A stretch of 53,311 nucleotides of DNA, filler included, from Bipalium vagum (taxonomy: Eukaryota), in assembly GCA_037834085.1 (NCBI GenBank). It is 2 parts of 2 records of this genome, joined end to end, with 100 filler letters (N's around TTAATTAATTAA, not from the genome) between each part and the next. Parts side by side here need not be neighbours in the genome. Positions count along the whole stretch, not along the records: positions 29,715 to 53,311 come from JBBMKC010207376.1; 1 more part is not named here. One strand, 5' to 3'. Position numbers and translations under genes: made by a program. Numbering within the stretch: position 1 is the stretch's first letter; every line of letters starts with the position of its first letter. Shown here one piece after another: positions 39,701-53,311 of the stretch. The notes beneath the pieces were generated by a model. That model searched no databases. It was not told where the DNA came from and saw only the letters and a list, made by a program, of their open reading frames with translations.

Positions 39701-42700
39701 TAAAATCAACACCACCAATCGTAAAAACATTTTAAAATTTAAAAAATATTAAAAAATTAGAATTAAAGCATTTACCACCAATCTTAATTTAAAACAATTA
39801 TTATTTATTAAAAAAAACTGTTTCATAATCATATCCAATTTATTAAAACATATTTATTTATTTTAAAGGTGAAAAATAAAAATAATTTAGAACTTAACTT
39901 GTCATAAAAATAATAAATTAATAAATAAAATTTGAGTTCAAGATATTTAAAATATTCCCATAATTTCAATCAAATATTTTAAATAAATCAATATATCATT
40001 AATATGTCGATTTTTTGTTTTAATGTATAACTCCGACTTACACAAAAAATTGTTCTATTAAAAATATAAATTGATATTGGGTTGTAAAGTTAAAAACTCA
40101 ACTAATAAAATGAATATATATTCAACAGAAAAAAATATTTTTACAAACGAATAATTACATATATAGTGACAGTAATTTCCATTGTTCTCTCTAATCCTGT
40201 CACCTTATAGTAACATTTATGATGCCATCTTCATAAAAGTCAGTACTTTAACAAAAATACATTTTTCCAGTTCTTTTTTAATATTCTTTTCATTTGAAAA
40301 TTCTTTTCCACTCAGGTAAGTTTGAAGCGACATGAACAATTGATAGTCTGAATGAGCAATATCAGGTGAGTACACTTGGTGATGGAGACCTTACCATTCT
40401 AAAATTCCCTTATATTTTCCCATATATTGTTTAAAAATATGGCTCTCTATATTCATCTTGAATGATGGCTTTTATTCTGTTTTTCATTCCCGGTCTCCAT
40501 TTTTTCAATATAACAAGTCATTTTAAATGATCACAGTATATTTTTCCCGTCATAGTTATGTTTTGTAGTACATACCACGATAATCCCCCCATATTTACAG
40601 GATTAGTAGTAATTTATGGTTTATATTCTCTTTCGGCAACAAGATACATGGATTGGTTTTGCCGATTCAGAAATGAGGATAATGATATGCAGGATCACAC
40701 GATTTTGGATTTCCTATAGAGACAGAAAAGAAAACGTTTTTTTATAGTATTATTACGGGAGACTAAAAATTAATTCATTATGAATTATAAATGAAACAGG
40801 TTTTTACTTTTGCGTAATCCTGAAATATTGGCGAAGGTCTTTGCAGTTGATGGAAAATATTTTGACTAAATGTTTTGATATAAAAATTTAAGAGTCCTTA
40901 TTAAAAAAAATAAGTCGGAGTCTTATACACCTACTATTAAATTTTAAAAGTTTAGATACATGTTTTCCTAATTACAATTATTCTTTAATTCCAGCTCTTT
41001 TCCCTGATTACATGTATTTGTATATTATATTAAAATATTATTATTATTATTATTTGGTATATAAATTATCACAACATTTTCAGATATATTGGTCTGACTC
41101 AATTTGAATTAGATCAGTTTCAAAAAGACAGATATCAAATGGACAATATTTTTCAAAAGTAAATATTTTTTTCCTCTAAATAAATAAAAAATAATATTTA
41201 TTTATTTATTAAAACTTGCTTTAAATTTTAATATTCACCAATGACAAAAGTGGACAAAATATACAAAAATTGAAAGACATGCTATGGAAAATGGATGCTG
41301 TGCAGTACAGGACACTCTGCACAGTGGCTACACCATGATGAGACTATCAAACCTTTTCATAAACAAATTATCTGGCAATATCATAAATGAAAATTTGGTG
41401 ATGTGCGTTGTCTGGTCCATCACAATTTTTAGAATGATCAGGATCACTGTCTGCAGGTTGGCAAAAACACTATAAATGAAAAATGTTAGTGTAGGTTTAA
41501 CAAGAGAAAAAGATGAATATTTCTCCTCAACAATAAAATCTCAACTACAAAAACGAGCAATTTACCTTTATGAATATAAAAATGGTCTGAAAGCACCTTA
41601 GACAATTGGCGATATAAACGATGACTTTGGCCCTAATACCAGTTTTGAACGTAACGTGCAAAGATTTTTCACACAGTTTAGAAGTTGAAACGATTATGTT
41701 GAAGGTAAAGCTCGTGGTAGCATACCATTAGCCATTGACAATAAAAAATTAGACATTAGACTAAATTGGTCGACACACGTCAGAACTCCTGCTAAATGAC
41801 CTTAAGGCATCCGATAGTTCTGAACCATCTGAAACCAATAGGAGGAAAGGGTAAAACTTGATAGATATTTCCCGCTCGAATTTAAACTAAAACTTTTTAT
41901 GAAATTTTATATTTCTAACTGTAATGTCCTGTTTCTCAGCTTTTTCATGAGGTATGAAAAATTAATACTCCACAACAGCCGAAGACTGTTGGCTCAGTAG
42001 TTGGACCAAACTGAAGTATCGCAACATTTTAAAAAGTAGAAATTGCATCAAAAGAAGATTATTTTGACCGTCTGGTAGTAAAAAGCCGGTCTAATCCATC
42101 ACATTTTCCTGAATTTTGGTTATGCCAGGGGAATACGGGAAATATAGGAAATGCATGAAAATCTCCAAGCATATGTCTACCATTGGTCATCAGGAAGGAC
42201 TGACTACTTTTACAAGACGACCATCGTGGTTACGGAACTTTTTGCCAACAGATTATTATTTCTTCCAGTATCACAGCAACCTCTTTCTCTAAACAATCTT
42301 CAAAAATCAAGACGATGTTAAATCGACCTTAAGTCGATATTAGAATATTTTCAATAATCAATGGTTTGATGAAAATAAACAATTTGTTTATGTTATTTAT
42401 GTTGCAAAATATTACCTATAAATTAATTTATTTTCAAAATCCTTTTTATTAGAAAAATAATGATGTTAGAAACGAAACCACTAATTTAATCAAAAACAAA
42501 ATAAAATTAATTAAAAATCTTATTTTAAATCATTTAAATTAAATTGAAATTTCTTAAAGAATTATTAATTTAATTTTTGTCACTTAACGAATTGCAGATT
42601 CAATATATTGAATTAATTCGAGAATTTAAGTTTGATTTTTCTCTTTCAGATGATTTTAATTATCTTAAAAATATTTTTACCTACATTTATATTTGAGAAC

Positions 42701-45700
42701 TTTTATATTAAAATTAAAATCCGTTTTATTAAGATCAGAATCTGCTTGTCGCCTTATATCACCAAACCCTTCTTTTATACGTCTATCCAGAAAGTATTTA
42801 GAAAACAGATCTAACTCTAATCACAGTCTTTCAGTGCCTGTAAAGCCTTCTATTAATGATAGGTTTGTTTATTAATTTTTATTTATTATTTATTTTAATT
42901 TTTATTTAATTAATATTATTATTATAATTATTATTATTGTCTCCAGTAGCAATTTTTTGAATTATTAAAAATTATTTAATAATTAATAATTTTTTTTCAT
43001 TAATAGAACAAATTAATTTCTCTTTATTGATATAACTAACATAATATTTATGTCAAACTTTTGAGATATGATAAGTGTCTCAGTTATCTTTTGAAAACTT
43101 CTCTGGAGACTCCCACCTTTAGGCCAACCAAATCAACCGAACCCTTCAAAAACATCAATCCAACCAAAGCAATCAAAGCCTTCGAAACAATAACATTATA
43201 GTATTGATTTTAAACATTTTTAGTGATCATTTTTTGTTTCATTTTATGTACAAAAACAAAATATAATTCTGTGTAATTTTATTTATTTATTTGTTTCATG
43301 TTAGAGTTAAAACCGGAGTTTGATTTTAATAACTTTCCTTCTCGTCTGTTTAATTAATATAAAATACAAAATAAAAAGATATATATAATTATATTAAACA
43401 AAATAATATATAAAATATAAAAATTATTTTTATTATAATTAATTAAAAAATTAATCATTTTGATAATTAATTTATAAAATATTTGGAAAAAATTGTTGAG
43501 TAACTTAAAGTTACTATAAATAATTTTTTCAATAATAATTTTAATAAATGTTACTATAAATAAATTTATAGTACAAAATTTTAACGAGAAATCAAAAATA
43601 GTAACATAAAGTTACTATAATAAAAAATACAAGAAAATAAAATAATATAAATACTGAAGTGTTTCAGTATGAAAACACACAAAAAATACAGAAAATAAAT
43701 ACGAAAAGGATTCTAGAAGAATCAAGCGATCAAGAAGAAAACCCGACGAATTCCAGAGAAAAGCAGAACATCCAGAACCATATTCTAATCAATATTATCA
43801 ATAATCAATATTATAACTTCACGTGGAAATCTACGAACAGTAATCATACGTCTCAGGATCCAGCATTCAAGGAAAAATAACATTTAGTAAATTATTTTGT
43901 TGTTGTGGAAGAGGTTGGCGGTCAAACATGAAGAGATTTGTCTCAGATGATGATCAAAAATTCGATAACAGTCTGTAAACACCTAAAATCAAATTTTTAT
44001 TTTCAAAGATTGAATGTTTGTGTTCTATATCAACTGAACGTAAAAATCAAAGAAAGTCTGTATAAATTTGCAGCTCCAAATCTTGTCAAATACCAAACAA
44101 AATAATGAACAGTTTCCTCATTGAATTATCACGGGAGATAAGAAATGGTGTTTTTCAACAATCTTGAAGCACAAAAAAGATTGGTTGGCTACTGCTTGAT
44201 CAGCAACACACAGAATTAAACAAAATCATAATATCTGTTTGGTGAAATGGGCCGGTCTCATAAACAATTTTATTGTCTCACAAAATTGTATTCTCATATC
44301 ATACTTGTATCAGCTGAACTTAAGTTGATCAGTTTAAACGAGTGAAAACCTGTTTTTTGACTGACATTGTAGTAACTCTATATAGTGGCTACTTTATGTC
44401 TATTCTGAGAGTACTCTGTCAGATTAAAAATTTTCTTGACCTCTGAATATTTTCTTGATTAATTTTTGGGAACATTTATATTTTATTAGGTTGGGGCATA
44501 AGTTCTGCATCACTTACAAAATTTTAGAATATTAGTAATATTAAATCTAATCAATATTAATATTTGAGCACTGTGTGCTTAAATATCTTTAATTTATTAT
44601 ATTCATTAATGCATTTGTAAAAATCATAAGATATGTAAGTAAATCATTTGATAAAATAATAATAATAAATAAATAATTTTAGATAACTTTGAATAGAAAT
44701 GAATTAAGATTTCTTATTTGCTATTGTTGAAAGCACGAACTTTCTACTAAAAAAATATGTGATACTGAAGGTGAAGGGATTGTATCTCGTTGGTACAAAC
44801 TTGATAATACAAACCAGAAAAGGCAATAGGTTTCAAGAAGAAAAACTCCATCAGTCCCTAGGAAAAATCGGTTCAGTAAGAAATTAATGATCTGTGTTTG
44901 GTGGAATTTCGAGGGTGTGTTTTCCCGTTACCCGGGGGTAGTGCCATTAACTCCAATCTATACGGTGAACAACTAAACCGAGTTTCGAAAACCTTAAACA
45001 AAAATATTATATAGTGGTTCGTCGAAAAAGAGCTCTGTTCCACTATGATAATGCTAAACCTCACAGTGCTAAGAAGATGTTGAAGAAGTTCACAGACATC
45101 GACGGAATCATAGTCCTTCCGCATCCACTTTACAGTCTCAATGCCACACCCTCTGACTATGGACTTTTTTTCTTAATGTTGCGAGGTAAGCGATGAAGTT
45201 GAAGAACCGTTAATCAAACCTTAAGGAATGATATTTCAATCAGATTCGGATGCTTGCAGATTGGTGGGAGAACATTGTAATAAATGTTGGAATTTACTTT
45301 TAAAATTATAATCTACTTTTTTTGATGTTTTATAAATTTTTCCTATAAATTTAATTATTCTGTATGTGGTGCAGAATTCATGCCCCTCCTAATAATTTTT
45401 TATTGTTTCGTGCATTCTGCCGGTCTTGAATTTTCACTATTTCATATTGTCTCCCTACATGACAATGGAATGAAAAATTAATTTTACTACTATATGATCT
45501 TTTCTGGAAATTTTTTAAATTTGATATTCCTCTGAACATTTTACTATAAAAACAAATAACCATTATACCTTAAATTTATCTAAATTGTTTATTATACTTT
45601 TAATCCATATAAACAAATTATTAATGTCTAAATTTTATCAGTTGTAATTTCAATAGAAAATATGTACATAATAAGTACATAACAAACACCCGATATAGTT

Positions 45701-48700
45701 AATAATTAGTTTAAAGTTCTTCTTTACTTCTGATTCTTTTTGTAAATAGAAATCTGTTTATTTAAACAAGCCAGTGTTTCAATGTATTAAAATTACAAAA
45801 CATATTCAATAATTTATTTGTGTAAAGATTTTGAAATATTTCTTTACCATTCACAAGATTTGTTGTCTAAAGATAAATTCCTTAAATTTTCCAATAAAAA
45901 ACGAAACAGGAAATTTAATTTTTTTCTCAGACAAATTGAGTTATTTCTAAATTGTGGGAAATGCAGAAATTATTCCCTTTTATATATTTTATTTTCTACT
46001 CCAAGTATTTCAATAACAATATCATTTGATCCTGATAATCGGATCAGGCGCTTTATTATTTCTACAAAGGTATGATGAACTGAAATATACAGGACATTAT
46101 TTCAACTCTCACTAAATAATAAGAGAACATTAATATATTTTTAAATCATCTATAATTTGTACATTATATTGAAATAAATATTATATGAAATTACAGAAAT
46201 ATCTCTGATAATATTTTCTATTTAAGGTAAACCGGAATGTGCTCATGTTAAATTTAATTGATTTTGAAGAATAAGAAAAGTTCGTCCTAAACTAAAGTTC
46301 ATTACTCATTTTGAAATCTTTATATTAAAATATAAAATGGCGATAACCATCGAAGGTTAGGTATACAAGATTTTCGGGATATAGACTAACAGGTCTCGGG
46401 ATTATATTGAGGGAAGATTATTGTATAATATTTTTTTTTTATTTTATTTATTGGTAATTCATACTATTTTACCAATTTTGTCAGAAGACACTTTGAATAG
46501 CTTTTAAGATAGATTCGAATAACTTTAAATTTTACTCCTAATCTTGAAGGTCTCTTTTTCAACACTTTTTTATCAAGAAGACCATTATTTGTTTTTGCCA
46601 TTTTATCCCAAAGATTTACACACTAAGATCAATTATTTTTTTTCGTATTGTATTTATTTAGAACCATTCTTCCATTGAATATTTTTTATAAATACTATTA
46701 TTTAATAATGTTCCTTTAGTCCTTTTTTCAGTTTTAGTGTAGATAACAGTGACGCAAACAATTCTGAAAATAACGATTCCCCAAAACTTTTTCATTCTCG
46801 TTGGGAAGAGCGGAGAATAGTTGAAGATAGTAAAAACCGACTACCAAATTCTCTAAACAAAAAGTCCATACCAACAGGTAACTGGAAAATAATATCTCAA
46901 TATGCTTATTGTCATTGTTCAGATGGCCTAGAGACCGATAATAATAATGTTTGTCTTGTTGAACAAGAGGTAATTAATGGTAATATAAAATGATATTGAA
47001 TTCTTAAAAGTAACATAAGTTACAGTTTTTGTTTTATTTTTATTTTGTTTTAATTTTTGTATTTCTTTATTAATAAATTATTAATATATTGTTAATAATA
47101 ATATAAAATAAATAAAACAAAATCTAGTTTATAAAAATAAAATAATTAAAAAATTCAATTAAAAATTTTCTCAACAATATTAATATTATTTATTATTAAA
47201 ATCTTCAATAATACGGATTGATATTGATTTTTAATTGAAATTGTAAAAAAAATTAATAATAGACAATGTTGATTTTTTTTATTTTTCTATGCAGATATTT
47301 TTATTTTCTGCTCCAGCTAAACTTATTCATAATTTTGACCAATAATAATTAATATAAAAAAATTATGTAATTATAGGTTAATTATTCTGTTGCATTTTTA
47401 TGAAATTTCTGTTTTATTATAATATGGAATTTATGAAACGGATATTTAGATAAGAAAGGCAGATTTTATGACATAATTGACAAGAACCTATCGACATGTG
47501 TGAAAATCCAAAGATCAGGGACAGATGTTAATAAATAACAATTAAAATAAAATAAATACTAATTATGAAGTATTTTTTAGACAATAATTTGGAAAATAAT
47601 TAAAAATTAATTACAATAAATTATTTTCATTCACTTTTTTAATCAACTATTCCTTATTGACGCTTTAAATATTTTAATATTGTGAAGAAAATAAAGCAAA
47701 ACAAAATTTCACTAATTTAAATTAATACAATTTTAAGGGGTCACGAAAATCGTGAATTATAAATTAAAATTATTAATTAAATAAAATATTTTGTATCATT
47801 AATTATGATTTAATTTATGAAAGCAAAAAGGAAAAAGCTACTTGGAAAATGGTACTTGAAAGAAATTGAAATAATTATTTTACATTTTTTGTTAAACGAA
47901 ACAATAAAAGGATATATAATATTTTGATTAATTTAAACAAAAGTTGAATTGATTTTGATAAATCAGCATCATTATTTGTAATATGAATGAGAGATATTCG
48001 TGTAAATTTAGTTGGATCAGAGGGATTAATGATATTTACACCTTAGTCAAGCTGACATTACACTAATCGTTGCTAACAAAAATTGATTGAAAGATTACGA
48101 CATCACCTTTCCGACAGACCACACATTTCAGAGTCTGATTAGTATTTATTCTTTGTGATCAATAAGAGTTTTTTTCAAAATTACATGGATTCTTATAAGA
48201 TTCTATATGTAGAATTACTACAAAATTGAATAACCTTGATGATAGTGAAGTAAAATATTATTAACTGGTTTTGTAAAATAAACTTACTGAGGATTTTATA
48301 TATACATGGTACGTAAGGTATTTGATGGCATATTGATGTTTCAAGGAAAACAGAAATATAATAACAAGTTATAACTTTATTGATGCAAGAATGGTAAACG
48401 GATAAAATTTTAATGATATTGTTTATAATTGTAATCAAAAAACAAAACATCAACTTAGATCACTGCTTCCACACGAGGTTGAAATCGCATACATGCCTTA
48501 ACTAGGTAGTCCTGGTCCATATAGGACATTACTCTAAGTATGGTGACTTTCAGCGAATCAAAAGTATTGTAGAAATGTTCACTGACCTCTTTCTCAGTAA
48601 CATCTCATACGCAGTAGTCAAATGTATTTAGGTTTGAGGAGTTGGGAGGCCAAATATCAGGAGTTACTTGGACATGGAAATTTTCAGTCATCCATTCTTG

Positions 48701-51700
48701 AGTTAATCGAGCCTATGATGGAGCAAAATATTGTTGGAAAACATAAAGCCTTTTATTCCGTACTGAGTCAATCCAGGGCTTCAGGACCTCATTGTAGACA
48801 CATAATTCACTCAAAGGCTTTGTGAGAAGAATTGAGAAGATATCCTTCACCCCTAATACTATGACGGATGCTGGAAATTTATTTTGCATCATTACTGGCA
48901 ATTTAAAAGGGTCTTTAGCTAACCATCGATCATTCCATATGTTAATCTTGTGATCTTGGTCAAAGTTTTTTTCATCTGAAAATAACCAAATCAGGTCTTG
49001 TTTTGCTGGATGTTTGAGTTTGATTAGGAGCATTTTCGATTTGTTAAACGATTTTCTTTGGGTTTTTTTGAGAATTTGTGTTTTCTACAGCACTTACGAT
49101 TTGTATTCCATGTTTTCACGGTCAAAAACTCTGATTTTTCCCTTGACATTTTTGGCAAGACACCTCATGGAAGTTCTGGGGTTGCCATCAACATTCTGCT
49201 TAATTTCCTTGACAAAATCACCTGTTCTCCTTCCGTCACAGCGTTTGGAATTTTCCTTGCACTTTGCTCTCTTTGATAAGGTTTTATTATCAGATTAAAG
49301 TTTTAAAAATCAAAGATATTATTCAAGATAATGAAATTATAACCTTAAGAAAAAAGTTAAAGTGATCCTTTCAAATAGTTATATTGATCATTCTTATAAT
49401 TATGACCGAAAAATAATTTTAAGGGTGGCCTACTCAACGACACCAAGAACAGATCTCTAAAGTATATGCCTTCTGTAACTACAAGTGACGAAACTGTACC
49501 AATTAGTCTCATTGATGTTCCTGAACTTACTAGCGATAGAGACAGTTCAGATTTAACTGCCTATGATGGGTAATACTTAATTCATTATATTTTCTATTCA
49601 TATTTCATAAAATGTATTATTAGATTTGAATTATTGTGGACCAAGAATAATTTTTGTCTATTTTTGAATGAAAACAAAATATTATTATCTGATAAAAGAT
49701 ATTTATTATTATTTTTTTTTTATTTTTTTATTTTATTATTATTATTATTATTATTATTACAGATTTTATTATTTTTATATATATAATTTTTCAAAACAAC
49801 CCCTGCAAAAGCTTAATGACTGTGGATATGAAGGTTTTATTCATCCACCATACTCACCGCATTTGTCGCCTACGGACTATCACTTTTTTGCATCTTTCCG
49901 AGTTCTTGCAACAGAAAATCCTCCACAACAATGGTGTTCAGAATTCTTTTTGTTAGTTTATCGATTAAGGACATTAAACTTATTTTCTGTTGACACAAAT
50001 ATGTTGCTTGTCATGGATCATATTTTAAATAAAACACTTTCTTTTCTTCTGATATTATCAATATATTTTTCGGCTTGTTATTATACATTATTTTTGTACT
50101 ATTCTGATAATATTTAATATTAAATATCTTATTCAAAATCCCAAAAATGTTTGTTTATAATCACAGAATGTTTCATTACATATCTGTAACTTTTGTGCAG
50201 CCTTAGGGTTATTATGCTGAGATCAAGTCACCCCTTAATGTCTTTGTCGCTCATTTTGAGAACACTCAATGTCAAAAGTCGTTGGTTGGGCGACACCTGG
50301 AAAAATGAGTAATAATAACTTTGGATTTATTATTATATGTAAACGTATTTTTGAATACATAACACTAACACACTTAATTGTGTACTATGAAATTAATAAA
50401 GTGATATATTCAAACAAATTAAATGACAATTTTATAATTGATGTAATTATGTTTATGTTTTTCTTTCCATATCATATTGTGCAGACTCTCAGACTCAAAA
50501 AATATCAATAATTAAGAAATTTGTGATCCAATACTTTATGAAAAATTCTTAATATAAAAATATAAATTTATTTTATTTTTGTTTATGTAAGAGAAAACCC
50601 GACTAAGAGAAAAATGTATTTCCTTCATTTATAATATATAATGCAAGTATAAATTTTACGAATATATTATTATTTTATTATTAAAATAATGATATTAAAA
50701 TATATGATTAATCGTAAATAAAATTATAAAATAAAATAATTATATAAAGCTACTAATTATAAAAATTTTATAAATAAATTAGACATATATTATTATAATG
50801 ATACTATTTATAAAATTTTACAAAAAGTTTGCTTTAATTAAATCTAAAATAGTAATATTCAGTGATTTTTTTCGAAAAAAATGTATCAAGTAAAAATAAT
50901 GTTAATATCAGAACATTTAAATGAAAAAAATATATAATAAAATACGATCTAAGTAGATACGAGCCATAAAATAAATATAGAAACAAATAATAGAACCTAA
51001 AACGCTTAATTTTCACTTATAACCGTCTCATTTTTTGTTTTCAGATATATATTTTTAGTTTTATCAAATGAAAAATAATGTAAAAAATATTTTTCAAAAC
51101 ATTTTTATAAGAATTCTCACTGACAAATCCGAATTGAGAATTTTAATTTTTATTAAATATTTATTTATTATTATTTTATATATTATTTTATAATTTGTTT
51201 AAAAAATATTCCTCATACTTCCCATTATTGAAGCCTTAAAGAAAATTTAATCTTCTGTAACAAATATTTTTCCTTATAGAAAATATGTTACTTTCTCTAT
51301 CTTAATTAAATAATAAATTATAATTATAATTACCTAATTATTATGTTAATGGAAAATGATTTAAATGTTAATTTAAAGAAAAATTGTCTGAAATCCGTTT
51401 TGTATGATACATTGGATGATGAAAAATAATTAAAGTAATTTACCCGAAGGATTTTATCAATGTACTTTATTTTATTTATATTTCCCTTTATAGATCAAAT
51501 CTGTTTTCAATTAGTCGAATAATTTACTACAAAGGTCTTGTATTCCATACTCAAATTGGGTTAAGGTATTAAATAAGTTAATACCTTGTTTCCGGGTTAA
51601 TTTCAGTGATTTATATATAAATTTTCTTATGAAAAAAATATTTATTATGGTAAATGAAGGAAAACTTTTGTGAAATACGTAAACAGTAATTTACTTTTGA

Positions 51701-53311
51701 TCCTTAGCTATATAATAATATTAAATAAATAGTAAGATAATAAATAAATATTATATTTTAATAAAAATTGAATTTTATAATTATACAACTATTATTATTT
51801 TACGAAAGAGCTGACAGGTCAATATAGAGCTTCATAATAATTTTAAATAACAATTTTTTTTATCTAGCTGAAACAAAATTAAAAAATTTTATCAAAATTC
51901 TGTTTCGTCAAGAAAGTCATTTATTTTACTTATTACAATTATATATTATATCATATAATAATATACAATTCAAACAGAAAAAATCCGATCACTATCAAAT
52001 TAATACAAATTTTCTTAAAACATTAATCAATAATTAATAAAGTCAATATTTCGTTAGCAATCCGACATTGTCAATTACGGTTTGGTATCTGCGTGGTAAG
52101 CTTTAGACAAGATTCGTGAGGAAATCTGGTTTTAATTTTTTTCATCGAACGCGCAAAAGTTTTAAAAAAACTATTTTTATCCGTTGGATTCCTATCTGAC
52201 ACTTGTTTTTCCAGAAAAATCTATAAGTTTTCAATATGATTTAAATCTGGACTTTGAGATGGCCACTCTAGATTATTAATATTTTTATTCTGTAAATATT
52301 TTAGAATATTTTACGCTTCGTGCTTCGGATCATTGTCATGCTGAAACACATAATGACCACCTGGTAACAATTTGTTGACGAAGGTTTCATCAATACCAAA
52401 CTTTGCTGATTAATAGCAGAGACAAAAGGTTTTCTCACTTAATAATGAGAGTAATATGAAGGTTTGTGGTGAAACATTTATTCTCAGATCTGCTTTGATG
52501 AATTTGGCCGAAATAATTCGAACACTTACTGCCACAGAAACAATGTTTTAATCATCACCAATTATTGTGTTTCTTTTTCTTCCACTACAAACCTTGCGTT
52601 TGTAATTTAGAGTTTCTTTGAAATCTTTCAAAAACTTAGCAATTGACGACAGAGCTTTTCTAATTTTCTTTGATATTTCTCTTCCTGACAATTCAAAATC
52701 TCTCCTTTTTGAAAATCTGTTAGCTTCACCATTTTATCTATATTCATAATCTAGACAATTTGAAATTACGCAAAATTTTAATTTATAAAAAATCTTAGCT
52801 AGGCAAACATTATGTTAAATTCTATAGACTAAATTCTATGTTAAAATAATAATTATTATTATATAAAATTAAATTAAGAAAAAAATTAAAAGAAAATTAC
52901 AATACTTATATATGAAAAATAAAGTGATCGGATTTTTCTGTGCGTATTGTATGTCACCATCATAATCAATATTATTTTATAATTCAGTAAAGCCATTTTG
53001 ATGTAATGATTAGATTGTGTTACATTTTTAGTTTTTTAAAAATCATTTTTAACGCTAGAAACCCGGCGCGCGTCAATTGAAGCATTTGCATATTAAAATT
53101 CTAATATAGGTTTCGTGAAAAGTTCTGAAAGCAGCACATATAAAACAATGTAAGGTCAAATATTTCTATTCTATTTTAATATAATTTTAATAATTTTAGC
53201 ATAACACATTAAAAATTTTGTTTTAATACATCATTTTATTATTATTATATGACACATGATTTAATTTGATTAGCCATTTTTTTAGTATGGAAAAATTAGA
53301 AAATCGTGCGG
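30545..53311 (+). CDS. FARP: FERM/RhoGEF/PH protein of the FARP1/FARP2/CDEP (FRMD7-related) family, partial
   Basis: Phase-compatible exons 30545-30700, 35413-35600, 41084-41158, 42734-42862, 46738-46877, 46923-46969, 49424-49569 and 53286-end. FERM-C signatures [26 protein letters not shown] and [30 protein letters not shown], plus FERM-adjacent [11 protein letters not shown]. The DH/PH domains are not in the window. Confidence 0.85.
31245..32365 (-). mobile_element. Degenerate mariner (mauritiana/Mos1-like)
   Basis: [18 protein letters not shown]...QRKRFLHRI and ILLHDNA. TIR-like TTAGGTGTATAAGTAT at 31245. Confidence 0.85.
34150..35325 (-). mobile_element. Degenerate mariner (irritans-like)
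   Basis: [23 protein letters not shown] and [10 protein letters not shown] on the minus strand. Confidence 0.82.
35413..35600 (+). CDS. FARP: FARP-family exon, FERM-C end and FERM-adjacent start
   Basis: [32 protein letters not shown]...FSGSQFR; phase 0 to phase 2. Confidence 0.92.
36000..37040 (+). mobile_element. Degenerate mariner
   Basis: [17 protein letters not shown] and WDVL...[14 protein letters not shown]. Confidence 0.82.
40076..40900 (-). mobile_element. Degenerate mariner
   Basis: TIR-like TATTGGGTTG end and [24 protein letters not shown]. The distal boundary is approximate. Confidence 0.75.
41084..41158 (+). CDS. FARP: FARP-family exon, FERM-adjacent domain
   Basis: (R)[24 protein letters not shown]; TTTTCAG acceptor and GTAAAT donor; phase 2 to 2. 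Confidence 0.82.
41250..42400 (+). mobile_element. Mariner remnants: one fragment at ~41250-41480 and one decayed copy at ~41500-42400
   Basis: SAQWLHHDE; [11 protein letters not shown]...[20 protein letters not shown]; [11 protein letters not shown]...GLIH. Confidence 0.7.
42734..42862 (+). CDS. FARP: FARP-family linker exon
   Basis: [20 protein letters not shown]...KPSIND; GC-elevated island, phase 2 to 2. Confidence 0.65.
43490..44428 (+). mobile_element. Possible internally deleted piggyBac-like remnant
   Basis: Subterminal TAGTAAC/GTTACTA repeats at both ends, an acidic N-terminal-like ORF at 43659-43880, a decayed Cys-containing tail, and a TTAA end. TIRs not resolved. Confidence 0.3.
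44486..45392 (+). mobile_element. Internally deleted mariner with intact TIRs
   Basis: TA-TTAGGTTGGGGCATAAGTTCTGCATCACTTACA and TGTATGTGGTGCAGAATTCATGCCCCTCCTAA-TA. Motifs [16 protein letters not shown] and [18 protein letters not shown]. Confidence 0.9.
46738..46969 (+). CDS. FARP: FARP-family linker exon(s), probably split by a 45-nt intron at 46878-46922
   Basis: [26 protein letters not shown]...[16 protein letters not shown]; phase 2 to 0; donor GTAATT. Confidence 0.65.
48430..49300 (-). mobile_element. Degenerate DD37D (maT/Bmmar1-type) transposon
   Basis: WLFSDEKNF...NDRWLA...[17 protein letters not shown] and [15 protein letters not shown]. The third catalytic residue is D. Confidence 0.85.
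49424..49569 (+). CDS. FARP: FARP-family linker exon
   Basis: [48 protein letters not shown]; phase 0 to 2. Confidence 0.65.
49790..50000 (+). mobile_element. Mariner 3' fragment
   Basis: [29 protein letters not shown]. Confidence 0.8.
51966..52949 (-). mobile_element. Internally deleted Tc1 (DD34E) element with both TIRs
   Basis: TIRs CAAT.C..ACAGAAAAA(A)TCCGATCACT with TA TSDs. Motifs [15 protein letters not shown] and [15 protein letters not shown]. Confidence 0.9.

Noticed and set aside
49668-50117. 149-aa Tyr/Phe-rich ORF as a membrane protein
   Set aside because: It is a (TAT)n low-complexity stretch fused to a mariner fragment.
1-53311. Species assignment, for example a planarian flatworm
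   Set aside because: AT-richness, short introns and mariner load are compatible but not diagnostic. Only 'animal' is supportable from the genes.

Overview
This is AT-rich, intron-containing animal genomic DNA, not prokaryotic, with one artificial 100-bp scaffold spacer at 29615-29714. It holds three host genes. (1) A complete 8-exon CEP76 gene on the minus strand (18360->9597, about 688 aa, all splice phases consistent). (2) A divergently transcribed plus-strand gene for an Ig-domain protein with a C-terminal Cys-rich module (about 19915-28700, ZPBP/Sp38-like by my reading). (3) The middle part of a FARP/CDEP-type FERM RhoGEF gene (exons from 30545 to the window end); its FERM-N/M exons are not in the window. 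Introns and intergenic space are packed with decayed transposons: about 10 mariner remnants, Tc1 (DD34E), DD37E and DD37D/maT elements, a pogo/Tigger element, TA-flanked MITE-like derivatives, LINE RT remnants, and four related LTR-like repeats. I see no convincing new multi-gene system. The best leads are a covarying RNA-like secondary structure in the LTR-like repeats, the ZPBP-like Ig gene, a three-copy ~161-bp repeat with a conserved hairpin core, and the questionable scaffold join. All homology calls come from recalled motifs, not database searches.
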